A stretch of DNA of 32,000 nucleotides from Cereibacter sphaeroides 2.4.1 (GCF_000012905.2 NC_007493.2:1830001-1862000), one strand, 5' to 3'. Numbered from the stretch's first letter, positions 16,719 to 24,797 are shown. The notes: generated by a model from the sequence alone, not told the origin. Numbers and translations: made by a program.

Positions 16719-18209
16719 ATGGAACAGCCGAGGCTCGCCCCCCCGTCCCTGCCGCTTGCCCTCGTGCCGGTGGTTCTGACGCTCGCCCTTCTCGCCCTTC
16801 AGCTCTTCTATTTCGGCGATTTCACCCCGCATATACCGCTGGTCATCGGGCTCGCGATCACGGGGCTCGTGGGGGTGCTGCGCGGTCAGAAGTGGCTCGA
16901 CATCCGCGAGGGCGTCTTCCACGTCATCCATGTCTCGATGCCGTCGCTCTCCGTGCTGATCGTGGTCGGGATGATCATCGGCGTCTGGATCGCCTCGGGC
17001 ACGGTGCCGACGCTGATCTACTACGGGCTCACGCTGCTCAATCCGTCGATCTTCCTTGCGGCGGCCATGATCCTCTGCTCGGTCGTCTCGCTCTCGCTCG
17101 GCACCAGCTGGGGCACGGTCGGCACCGTGGGCCTCGCGCTGATGGGCATCGGGGCGGGTTTCGGGATCCCGCCCTACTGGACGGCAGGCGCCGTCGTCTC
17201 GGGCGCCTTCTTCGGTGACAAGATTTCGCCCCTGTCGGACACGACGAACCTCGCGCCTGCCGTGACCGGGGTGAACATCTTCGACCATATCCGCAACATG
17301 CTGCCCACGACGGTGCCGGCGATGCTGATCGCGCTCACGGCCTATCTGGTCGCGGGCTACGCGCTGATCGAGCCGCACGAGGCCTCCTTCGGCGCCATCG
17401 AGCGGATCACGCAGGAGCTCGACGCGCGGTTCGAGCTCGGCCTGATCCCGCTCCTGCCTGCCCTCGTCGTCGTCGTGCTCGCGCTGATGCGCCAGCCGCC
17501 GCTGCCGTCCCTGTTCGCGGGCGTGCTGGTGGGCGCGCTGATCGCCCTCTTCCTTCAAGGCGCAGGCCTCCACCAGGTCTTCACCTACGCGCAGTCGGGC
17601 TATGCCATCGAGACCGGCGTGGCCGAGATCGACACGCTGCTGAACTCGGGCGGCATCCAGTCGATGATGTGGACGATCTCGCTCATGCTGATCGCGCTCG
17701 GCTTCGGCGGCGCGCTGGAGCGCACCGGCTGCCTCGAGGCGATCATCACCGCGATCATCTCGCGGGTGAAGACCTTCGCCGCCGTCCAGAGTTCGGCCAT
17801 CGCCACCGCCTTCGCCACGAACATGGTCGCGGGCGACCCCTACATCTCCATCGCGCTGCCGGGGCGCATGTATTCGCCGCTCTACCGCGGCATGGGCTAT
17901 TCGACGCTGAACCTCAGCCGCGCCGTCGAGGAAGGCGGCACCCTGATGAGCCCGCTGATCCCCTGGAACGCGGGCGGCGCCTTCGTGATCTCGGCGCTGG
18001 GACTCGGGATCATGTCGGGCAACATCCAGAACCTCCTCTATATCCCCCTCGCCTTCGCCTGCTGGACGGCGCCCCTGATCGGCATCTTCTACGCCTTCAC
18101 CGGCCTCTTCTCGCCGCGGGCGACCGACGACGAGCGGGCGGGCTGGGAGAAGACGGACGAGGATGTGATGGATCTGGAGGATCATGCGCTCTCGGACAGC
18201 GGCGCGTGA
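16719..18209 (+). CDS. nhaC: Na+/H+ antiporter, NhaC family
   Basis: 496 aa polytopic membrane protein with NhaC-type motifs (SGTVPTLIYYG, LGTSWGTVGT, FFGDKISPLSDTTNLA). Confidence 0.88.
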   Translation: MEQPRLAPPSLPLALVPVVLTLALLALQLFYFGDFTPHIPLVIGLAITGLVGVLRGQKWLDIREGVFHVIHVSMPSLSVLIVVGMIIGVWIASGTVPTLIYYGLTLLNPSIFLAAAMILCSVVSLSLGTSWGTVGTVGLALMGIGAGFGIPPYWTAGAVVSGAFFGDKISPLSDTTNLAPAVTGVNIFDHIRNMLPTTVPAMLIALTAYLVAGYALIEPHEASFGAIERITQELDARFELGLIPLLPALVVVVLALMRQPPLPSLFAGVLVGALIALFLQGAGLHQVFTYAQSGYAIETGVAEIDTLLNSGGIQSMMWTISLMLIALGFGGALERTGCLEAIITAIISRVKTFAAVQSSAIATAFATNMVAGDPYISIALPGRMYSPLYRGMGYSTLNLSRAVEEGGTLMSPLIPWNAGGAFVISALGLGIMSGNIQNLLYIPLAFACWTAPLIGIFYAFTGLFSPRATDDERAGWEKTDEDVMDLEDHALSDSGA

Positions 18210-18269
18210 CGGCCGCCGTGAGGTGCCGAGCCGCCTCCCGGTCGGCCCGGCGCGCGAGCCGTCAGACTG

Positions 18270-18527
18270 CCCGGTGAGGGGGCCAGCGGCGAGGCCCACG
18301 AGGAAGGCCCAGGTCTCGGACGCCTGTGCCCCGAGTCCCAGCACGCGCGAGTAGGTGGCCTGATGGGCGCTGAGTTCGGGGAGGATGCGCAGGAAGACAT
18401 AGCCGGCAGCCACGCCCCCCGCCGCCGCAAGCCAGATGCTGCGGGGAAGGCGCCCCAGAGAACCGAGGCAGCCGATGAGGCCGATGCCTGCGACGAGAAA
18501 AGCGGCGATCAGGATCATGCGGATCAA
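18270..18527 (-). pseudogene. possible 5' remnant of a membrane-protein gene
   Basis: ATG at 18527. The first roughly 85 codons (MIRMILIAAFLVAGIGLIGCLG...FLRILPELSAHQ...WAFLVGLAAGPL) have host-like GC3 and two or three hydrophobic helices. The frame then runs, without a stop, antisense through the whole of nhaC, which cannot be real. Confidence 0.3.
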
Positions 18528-19008
18528 TCGCCCCGCCGGTCCGCCGGGCGATCAGCGCGAGGGAAAGCCAGTGACCTCGACCTTGACGGATCGGGCGGCG
18601 ATCCATCCAAGTTCTGGCGACTTGAGCCATCAGGCAGAACGGGAGGCGACATCCTCCGCGTGAGGGCGAAAGCCCCCGGCTCTTTCCCTGCCCCTACCCT
18701 CGAGCGCGCGGCCTACCGCCGCCGACATCGAACCTCCACGAAAGCGAAGGTCGGCACCGCACCCGACCTGAGGCCTGCACTCCCGGACGCGCTCTCTGAT
18801 GCCGCTTGAGGCAGCAACACGAATGAGCGGGCGCGGGCACCAGACGGTGGCGATGAACGCGACAGAGGCATGAGCGGCGCGGCAGAAGGCTCGCACACGG
18901 TCCGCAGATGAGTCGCAAACGGAGCGGACCCAAAGGGGGAAGGTCGGAACGGCTGCCGGAACTCGAACGGCTCCACCAGCTTTGCGGTTGAAAATGTCAG
19001 TGAAGTCA

Positions 19009-19056
19009 TGGAGGCGGGTACCGGAATCGAACCGGTCTTCACGGATTTGCAATCCG
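19009..19056. repeat. att-type direct repeat: exact copy of the 3' 48 nt of tRNA-Cys
   Basis: 19009-19056 matches 22076-22123 base for base (tggaggcgggtaccggaatcgaaccggtcttcacggatttgcaatccg). The flanks diverge on both sides. Confidence 0.9.
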
Positions 19057-19085
19057 GTTAATTCCATTGAAAATAAAGAGCCGAC

Positions 19086-19148
19086 CTGTAAACGCACCGC
19101 GTTTGTTCACGACGAACAATCAAGCACTTATGAGGCGTCTGTAAACGC
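19086..19148 (+). repeat. two direct copies of CTGTAAACGC in the distal arm (candidate arm-type recombinase or excisionase sites)
   Basis: CTGTAAACGC at 19086-19095 and 19139-19148. The same TGTAAACG core occurs twice more, in the same orientation, at 22009-22029 in the other arm. Confidence 0.4.
19103..19119. promoter_or_regulatory. perfect inverted repeat TTGTTC-N5-GAACAA between the two arm repeats (candidate operator)
   Basis: TTGTTCACGACGAACAA read directly at 19103-19119, upstream of the rightward island genes. Confidence 0.3.
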
Positions 19149-19332
19149 GGAAGTCGACCAATCCGCAAAGAAAAACCCCGACGCGCTGGCGGGCGCAGTC
19201 GGGGCGGATAGTGAGGGTGCCACCGGTCAGGAAGGCAATCCCGAGGCAGAATGCTACCCGAACCGTGGCCTTCGCGCAATTGCCCTCTATCGGGCTATCT
19301 GGGCCGCCCATCCGCACGACGCTGCCGACATC

Positions 19333-19617
19333 ATGACGGAAGAGTTGTTGCGTCTCTCGGCGGGCACCCCTCCCCATGACGTGTTCGGCCGGGTGCGCGA
19401 GGACGCCCGGTGGTGGGCCGCCGTCGCCTCTCCGGTCGAGCTGGTGGAGTACATGGCGGCCGCCATGCGCGCCATCCTCGGCGGGCGGACGGCGCTCTGC
19501 CTCGACCAGCGCAAGCGCCTGATGGTCGAGACGTGGCACTCCCTGCCCGACGCGGAGAAGCAAGCCTTCCTCGACCGCGTTGCCCCTCACGCGGAGGAGG
19601 GCCGCCGCCGTGGATGA
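19333..19617 (+). CDS. hypothetical island protein (94 aa from the first ATG)
   Basis: The track ORF 18982-19617 starts inside the tRNA fragment, so its 5' part is not credible. The first in-frame ATG/GTG/TTG after the repeat is at 19333. The stop overlaps the candidate GTG start of the primase ORF (GTGGATGA). Confidence 0.4.
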   Translation: MTEELLRLSAGTPPHDVFGRVREDARWWAAVASPVELVEYMAAAMRAILGGRTALCLDQRKRLMVETWHSLPDAEKQAFLDRVAPHAEEGRRRG

Positions 19618-21049
19618 TCCATTTGCCAGCCTCGAGCCTCTCGCCGTCGCGCCCTCTGGTCCGGAGGGGGTCCGCGCGCAGTTCGATCAAATGGAGGATA
19701 TCCCGCCGCCTCGGCCGCGCCAGCCGCCGCCTGCGCAGGAAGATCCTGTTGAGATCGAGGTGACTGAGGATGGCGTTGCCCGCGCCTTCACCGAAAAGTA
19801 CGGCGGCACTCTCCGCTTCGATCACGACGCGGGCCGGTGGTATCACTGGCAGGAAGACCATTGGCAAGCCGACACGACTTCGCGCGCCTTCGAATACTGC
19901 CGCCGCCTCGCCCGCCTCGCATCGGAGGGGGCGAAGCACTCGCTCCTCTCGACGGCACGCAAGGCATCGTTCGCGGGCGGCGTCGAGCGCTTGGCGCGGG
20001 CCGATCCGGCGCACGCGGTGACGCAGGAGGCATGGGATCGGGACCCGTGGCTCGTCGCCTGTCCGGGTGAGACGGTAGACCTGCGCACCGGGCGGAGCGC
20101 CGTGCCTCGCCCCGAGGACGGCATCACGCGCAGGGTGGCCGTAGCGCCCGCTGCGCAGGAGACGTGCCCGACGTGGTGGCAGTTCCTAGAGGATGCGACC
20201 GGCGCCGACTCGAGTGTCATGCGGTTCCTGCAGCAGTGGGCGGGCTACAGCCTGACCGGCATCACGCGGGAGCACACGCTGGTGTTTCTCTATGGCGACG
20301 GCGGCAACGGGAAGTCGGTGTTCATCAACACGCTGACCGGTCTCCTGGGCGACTACGCCGCCACGGCCGGCATGGAGACCTTCACAGCGTCGAAGAGCGA
20401 CCGGCACCCGACCGACCTTGCGATGTTGGCCGGCGCGCGTCTGGTGGCGGCATCGGAGACCGAGGAGGGCCGCGCGTGGGCCGAGAGCCGCATCAAGCAG
20501 ATGACCGGCGGGGACCGGATCACGGCCCGCTTCATGCGCCGGGACTTCTTCACATACACGCCGCAGTTCAAGCTGACGCTGGTGGGGAACCACCGCCCTG
20601 CCCTCGCGAACGTCAAACCGGTAGAGCCGTGGGCGCTCGTCGTGCCGGCCGAGCTGGAAACCGTGGCGCAGCAAGTTCTGGCCGAGATCGCCGCGGCGGC
20701 GGTTTCGGACGTGAACCCCTTCAGCGGGACGCTTGAGCTGATCGTTGAGCCGGGTCTCACCAGCGCCACCGGCTGGTACCTCATCGGCAATCCCGCCCTG
20801 CATGACGGCCTCGCCCATGCGTTCCTCGACGGTCAATCCGCGCCGCGGATCGAGACACGGGCGGGCTGGAACACCCTCGGGATGGAGTTCCGCCTCACCT
20901 GGGCCGTGGATGCCAAGTTCATCGGTACCGCGTCGTGGTTCCGCAATCCCGGCGCGTCCGGGTGTCCACGCTGTCGGCCGCGAAACGCGCAAAGGCAAGG
21001 GGTGGCACTTCTATGCCTGGCGCGGCGGTCCGAAGTTCTGGATCGATGA
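19580..21049 (+). CDS. P4-family primase / D5-like SF3 NTPase, truncated after motif C and fused in frame to an unrelated phage-like C-terminal segment
   Basis: D5_N-like region (WDRDPWLVACPGETVDLRTG), Walker A YGDGGNGKS, Walker B LVAASETEEG, motif C LTLVGNH. The expected arginine-finger region (RR..F) is absent after about 20610. The remaining roughly 145 aa (..NPFSGTLELIVEPGL..WYLIGNP..FLDGQSAPRIETRAGWNTLGMEFR..) look like a different protein. The start may be the GTG at 19610. Confidence 0.65.
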   Translation: MPLTRRRAAAVDDPFASLEPLAVAPSGPEGVRAQFDQMEDIPPPRPRQPPPAQEDPVEIEVTEDGVARAFTEKYGGTLRFDHDAGRWYHWQEDHWQADTTSRAFEYCRRLARLASEGAKHSLLSTARKASFAGGVERLARADPAHAVTQEAWDRDPWLVACPGETVDLRTGRSAVPRPEDGITRRVAVAPAAQETCPTWWQFLEDATGADSSVMRFLQQWAGYSLTGITREHTLVFLYGDGGNGKSVFINTLTGLLGDYAATAGMETFTASKSDRHPTDLAMLAGARLVAASETEEGRAWAESRIKQMTGGDRITARFMRRDFFTYTPQFKLTLVGNHRPALANVKPVEPWALVVPAELETVAQQVLAEIAAAAVSDVNPFSGTLELIVEPGLTSATGWYLIGNPALHDGLAHAFLDGQSAPRIETRAGWNTLGMEFRLTWAVDAKFIGTASWFRNPGASGCPRCRPRNAQRQGVALLCLARRSEVLDR

Positions 21050-22001
21050 GGCCCACTATCCAAGCAGCCGGGAGTTCCTCGCGGCTTACACCGAAGCGAC
21101 GGCGCTGCCTCGGGCGGCAGCCTACACGGTCCCGAATCTGGTGGACGACTTTCTTTCGAGCCCGGAAATGCCGAAGGGCGAACGGACCCGAACGGACTAC
21201 CGTCGGTGGGGTCTGCGGCTGGCTGAGGAGTTCAAAGACGACCCGGCCGAGATCTTCGAAGACCCCGGCTCGCGGGGAGAGGTGAACGAGTGGCGCAAGC
21301 AGTGGGCGCACTCACCGCGTCAGTATGACTATGCCGGGACCGTCGCCGCCGTGCTCCTGAACTGGGCGGTGGATCAAGGCAAGATCCGGCAGCATCACTG
21401 CCAGCGGCTCCGCAAGGTGTACGAGGTGGACCGCGCCGAGATTGTCTGGACGCCGGATCACCGCGAGGCAATCGAGGCCAAGGCCCCTGAATGGATCCGC
21501 CGCATTCTGACGGCTGCCTGCGAAACCGGCCTGCGCGTGGCTGACCTCACGAAGCTCGCGTGGAGCCACGTTGAGGCAACGCCGCATGGCCGTCGCATTC
21601 GGGTGAGGACCAGCAAGCGCAAGCGGGTGGCATACATTCCCGTCACCGAAGCGATGGGGAAGCTCCTGGACGCTACGCCGCGCGACCGGATGCTGATCCT
21701 CCTGAGCGAGCGGGGAAAGCCGCTGACGCCGCACCGCGCCTCGGAGGGGCTGCGCCAGTGGCGGGACAAGGCCGGGCTGACACCGGAGTCCCTGGGCTAC
21801 GATCTGCGCCTTCAGGACGCGCGCGGTACCGCTGCCACGCGGCTTCTGTCCGCGGGCCTCTCCCTCGCCGAGATCGCCGCTCACATGGGCTGGAGCATCC
21901 GACACGCCGCCGCAGTGATCGAGCACTACGCGCGCGTCTCGCCCGATGAAACCGACGCAATCTTGGTCAAGCTCGCGACCGCAAAAGGGTCCGCATCATG
22001 A
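20910..22001 (+). CDS. tyrosine recombinase / phage integrase
   Basis: Catalytic-domain pattern ..TGLRVADLTKLAW.. (Arg), ..LQDARGTAATRLL.. (second Arg), ..MGWSIRHAAAVIEHYAR.. (Tyr). Lies adjacent to the tRNA-Cys 3' end. The start is uncertain: 20910 is the nearest in-frame ATG, and the part of the track ORF upstream of it overlaps the previous ORF. Confidence 0.85.
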   Translation: MPSSSVPRRGSAIPARPGVHAVGRETRKGKGWHFYAWRGGPKFWIDEAHYPSSREFLAAYTEATALPRAAAYTVPNLVDDFLSSPEMPKGERTRTDYRRWGLRLAEEFKDDPAEIFEDPGSRGEVNEWRKQWAHSPRQYDYAGTVAAVLLNWAVDQGKIRQHHCQRLRKVYEVDRAEIVWTPDHREAIEAKAPEWIRRILTAACETGLRVADLTKLAWSHVEATPHGRRIRVRTSKRKRVAYIPVTEAMGKLLDATPRDRMLILLSERGKPLTPHRASEGLRQWRDKAGLTPESLGYDLRLQDARGTAATRLLSAGLSLAEIAAHMGWSIRHAAAVIEHYARVSPDETDAILVKLATAKGSAS

Positions 22002-22008
22002 ACGAGAT

Positions 22009-22029
22009 TGTAAACGCTCCTGTAAACGG
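22009..22029 (+). repeat. two further TGTAAACG copies in the integrase-proximal arm
   Basis: TGTAAACGC at 22009-22017 and TGTAAACGG at 22021-22029, 47 nt from the core repeat. Confidence 0.4.
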
Positions 22030-22075
22030 AGCAACCGAGGAGAAGGAGGATAGCTTGCAAGCCATTGAGAATGCT

Positions 22076-22149
22076 TGGAGGCGGGTACCGGAATCGAACC
22101 GGTCTTCACGGATTTGCAATCCGCTGCGTAACCTCTCCGCCAACCCGCC
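22076..22149 (-). tRNA. tRNA-Cys (anticodon GCA)
   Basis: Reverse complement is GGCGGGTTGGCGGAGAGGTTACGCAGCGGATTGCAAATCCGTGAAGACCGGTTCGATTCCGGTACCCGCCTCCA. Acceptor GGCGGGT/ACCCGCC, anticodon loop TTGCAAA, T arm ACCGG TTCGATT CCGGT, encoded CCA. Confidence 0.95.
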
Positions 22150-22161
22150 GGAGCCTTGGCC

Positions 22162-22190
22162 TCATTAGGTTTTCTCTCTGGCGCCGTCAA
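22162..22190 (-). promoter_or_regulatory. candidate sigma70-type promoter for tRNA-Cys
   Basis: On the minus strand: TTGACG (22190-22185), 17 nt spacer, TAATGA (22167-22162), 12 nt before the tRNA 5' end. Confidence 0.35.
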
Positions 22191-22261
22191 GGCGGTTTCT
22201 CGGTTCCGGCAGTGGTTCCGACATTCGCGCTTCGGTCACGAGTCGTTCCGAGCGTACCTGA

Positions 22262-22966
22262 TCAGCTGAATGTGTTCTGCGGGCCGGCTGAACGGATCCT
22301 TGGTAAAGCGCCGATATGGCCCCCTACTTCTACGCATCTCGTCCCCTCAGCTTGATGCTGCCGCCCATAGACATCTTGATACATCACGGCGCTATAGATG
22401 TAGATCGCTGCACGACCTTCCGATGCGTCCCGAAGGGCTCTCGCGTCGATGAACAGCTCAGAACACAGAATCTTTCCGCCCGAGCCGACCGCACCATCTC
22501 CCGCATCTTCTTCTCGTTCCGGCAAGTCGAAGCGAGGAACAGGGTCACCAACCGCCGTCACCCTGTGCTGAGCGCAAGGTATGGCTTTAACGGCAGGCGT
22601 GGAACCGGTGTTCAGCCAAGACTGAATGAGGGTTATCCCCTGCGTCCCTGGATTGCACTCAACCGGTCCAGGCACGAGATAGGCACGATTTGACATCAGG
22701 GTTGCCCGTGCGACCTCGGTAGCCTTCTCCGCTTCCCGAAACGTATCTCTTGCGATATCAAGGCTGCGCCTCGTGTAGAGCAGCGTGTAGGCCACTGTGC
22801 CAAGCGTGACAAGCCCGAGCCCCAGTGACCCAACCGCGGCCCAGAACATCGCCTTGGCCCAAAAAGCCATAGCCTCCTGCGCGGCGAGATCCCTCAACGC
22901 GATTTCTGCTGCATCTGCAGACCCGTTCGTGGCGAATAAGCGCGCCACGGCATCAAGAAATTCCAT
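22262..22966 (-). CDS. hypothetical single-pass membrane protein with atypical codon usage
   Basis: 234 aa ORF from the ATG at 22966 (the track start at 22969 is a GTG). One TM helix (FWAAVGSLGLGLVTLGTVAYTLLY). Many A/T-ending codons, unlike the neighbouring genes. No family recognised. Confidence 0.6.
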   Translation of the reverse strand: MEFLDAVARLFATNGSADAAEIALRDLAAQEAMAFWAKAMFWAAVGSLGLGLVTLGTVAYTLLYTRRSLDIARDTFREAEKATEVARATLMSNRAYLVPGPVECNPGTQGITLIQSWLNTGSTPAVKAIPCAQHRVTAVGDPVPRFDLPEREEDAGDGAVGSGGKILCSELFIDARALRDASEGRAAIYIYSAVMYQDVYGRQHQAEGTRCVEVGGHIGALPRIRSAGPQNTFS

Positions 22967-23526
22967 CACTACTCGTCCGCCATTGCAACTGCTCGGGAGA
23001 ACATAATCGGTGAAATTATGCTATGATGGAAGTAGCTTAAGCGTTCCCGTCGCAACGCAGACGACGCTTCCGTCTCAAGCTTGACGCGAGAGAGTGCACA
23101 GCCCCGCTACAAGCCGCACGCCGCATGAATACCGACAGAAGCGCTCTCCCCTCTGCTATAAGTTCCGCGCCCAACCAAGGCGGAACTTCCTCGGCGTTCT
23201 GCCGAAGGAAGCCTGCCCGCGACCGTCAATTCTCTGGCCAGTGCCAGCCCCGGCCATCCGTCCAGTAAAAGGTCGGCGCATGGATGCTCACGCCTTCCGC
23301 AGCCATGAACTGGCGCGAAGCCTCCTCCGGCGGCTCGAGCATGATCGCCGCGTCGGCAGTCAGGGCGCACCTCGAGCACCGCAACCGCCTCACAAGGTCG
23401 CCAGATAGGTGATCCGCGCGAGGTGGGCCTCGCGGTCGAAGTCCTGCTCGACGGCACTCTGAAGGTATCACCGCACGGTGGGATCAGCGCGGCGAATGCC
23501 TTCGATTTGGTCGACATGAGGCGCTG

Positions 23527-23870
23527 ATGAAGCGCGACCTTCCAGCCTATGTCTACGTCCGGAAGGGCGGTCTGCTGTACTTCGAGCGGCGCGGGCAGAA
23601 GTCCCAGCGGATCAAGTCCACGTTGGGCACGCCTGCCGTCGCACTCGAATACGTCAAGCTGCTGAACGGCGCGCTCACACCGGAGCCGACACGACGGAGC
23701 TTCCGTGCGCTGCTCAAGTCCTACCGGGCCGGCAACCGGTTCCGGAAGCTCGCACCCCGCACCTGCGACGACTATGACAAGGTCCTCGCATGGGGTGTCG
23801 AGAAGCTCGGCCACCTGCCTGCAGACAAAATGCAGAGGAAGGACGTGATCCGCGCCCGGGACGTGAAGGG
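23527..23870 (+). pseudogene. N-terminal fragment (about 115 aa) of a second, different phage-type integrase
   Basis: MKRDLPAYVYVRKGGLLYFERRG...RTCDDYDKVLAWGVEKLGHLPADKMQRKDVIRARD resembles integrase N-terminal and SAM-like domains. No catalytic domain follows. The frame then drifts through the rpsF promoter region. Confidence 0.55.
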
Positions 23871-24007
23871 AGCGCGGCCCTTAAGGGAAAGCAGTCGCGA
23901 GTTTCCGCGCGGGGCAAGGAACGGTCGGCCTTTGGAGCGCGGAGGACGGTCTGCCCTTGCGGGCCCTGTGCGGGCGTTCGAGCCGGCCCTCGCGCGGGCC
24001 TTCGCGC

Positions 24008-24035
24008 TTGCATCCGGCGCGAAGGCCGCTATAAG
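24008..24035 (+). promoter_or_regulatory. candidate sigma70-type promoter for rpsF-rpsR-rplI
   Basis: TTGCAT (24008-24013), 16 nt spacer, TATAAG (24030-24035), about 100 nt upstream of the rpsF ATG. Confidence 0.35.
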
Positions 24036-24138
24036 GCCCCATCCTTCCGCTCTCATGCGAACCGGCGCAGACTCTCGTGGACGGGCCGCGGAAGGATTGG
24101 CCCGACCTATGAAATGCGCCCGACAGATTGGAGCCCGC

Positions 24139-24537
24139 ATGTCTCTCTATGAGCATGTCTTCATCGCGCGTCAGGACCTGTCCAACGCGCAGGCCGAAGG
24201 CCTCATCGAACATTTCTCGACGGTCCTCGCGGACAACGGCGGCAAGGTCGTCGACCGCGAATACTGGGGCGTCAAGACGATGGCCTACAAGATCAACAAG
24301 AACCGCAAGGGCCACTATGCCTTCCTGAAGTCGGATGCCCCCTCGGCCGCCGTGCAGGAGATGGAACGCCTGATGCGGCTTCATGACGACGTGATGCGCG
24401 TGCTGACCATCAAGGTCGACAAGCATGCCGAAGGCCCCTCGATCCAGATGCAGAAGCGCGACGAGCGTGAGCGCGGCGACCGGGGCGACCGTTCCGACCG
24501 CGGCGATCGCGGCGACCGTGGCGGCTTCCGTCGCTGA
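24139..24537 (+). CDS. rpsF: 30S ribosomal protein S6
   Basis: [15 protein letters not shown]...GHYAFL... is typical of S6, with a charged DR-rich tail. GGAG SD upstream. Confidence 0.95.
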   Translation: MSLYEHVFIARQDLSNAQAEGLIEHFSTVLADNGGKVVDREYWGVKTMAYKINKNRKGHYAFLKSDAPSAAVQEMERLMRLHDDVMRVLTIKVDKHAEGPSIQMQKRDERERGDRGDRSDRGDRGDRGGFRR

Positions 24538-24557
24538 TCGAGCAGAGGAGAATTCCC

Positions 24558-24785
24558 ATGGCCAACAAACCCTTCTTCCGTCGCCGCAAGGTCTGCCCCT
24601 TCTCGGGCGACAATGCTCCCGCGATCGACTACAAGGACACCCGTCTTCTGCAGCGCTACATCTCCGAGCGCGGCAAGATCGTGCCCTCGCGCATCACCGC
24701 CGTCTCGGCTAAGAAGCAGCGTGAACTCGCGGCCGCCATCAAGCGCGCCCGTTTCCTCGCCCTGCTCCCCTACGCCGTGAAGTGA
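24558..24785 (+). CDS. rpsR: 30S ribosomal protein S18
   Basis: [33 protein letters not shown] is typical of S18. Confidence 0.95.
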   Translation: MANKPFFRRRKVCPFSGDNAPAIDYKDTRLLQRYISERGKIVPSRITAVSAKKQRELAAAIKRARFLALLPYAVK

Positions 24786-24797
24786 GGAGCTGATCCC

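Larger units (their letters stand above)
19009..22123. mobile_element. small decayed integrative element (prophage or satellite remnant) inserted in the 3' end of tRNA-Cys
   Basis: Bounded by the 48-bp direct repeat. A tyrosine integrase lies next to the intact tRNA end and a P4/D5-type primase-NTPase ORF is present. The left arm is AT-richer. Confidence 0.8.

Noticed and set aside
18630-19008. Possible tmRNA (two-piece alphaproteobacterial ssrA), SRP RNA or RNase P RNA in the unassigned GC-rich stretch, prompted by ..GGCTCCACCA at about 18971-18980
   Set aside because: I found no T-loop (GGTTCGA.TCC) paired correctly with the ACCA end, and no tag-peptide reading frame (ANDN..). The conserved cores AGGAAGCAGC (SRP) and GAGGAAAGTCCGG (RNase P) are also absent on both strands. 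A covariance-model scan would still be needed to exclude other ncRNAs.
22203-22251. GTTC repeats (GTTCCGGCAGTGGTTC, then GTCGTTCCGA) as an alphaproteobacterial LexA box
   Set aside because: The Rhodobacter SOS box is GTTC-N7-GTTC, and the spacing here is N8. The location, between a tRNA promoter and the 3' end of an orphan gene, does not suggest SOS control.
23226-23471. 81-aa minus-strand ORF, and the 235-aa ORF at 23107-23814, as real genes or a toxin-antitoxin pair
   Set aside because: Coding-like signal is split over three frames within 300 bp and no family motif is recognisable. This looks like frameshifted debris, and it is reported as part of the remnant island instead.
23527-24537. 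336-aa ORF reading from the integrase fragment straight into ribosomal protein S6
   Set aside because: The middle part (about 23870-24138) is Arg/Ala/Gly-rich junk that covers the likely rpsF promoter and SD. rpsF has its own ATG and GGAG SD at 24139. The open frame is a coincidence of stop-poor DNA.
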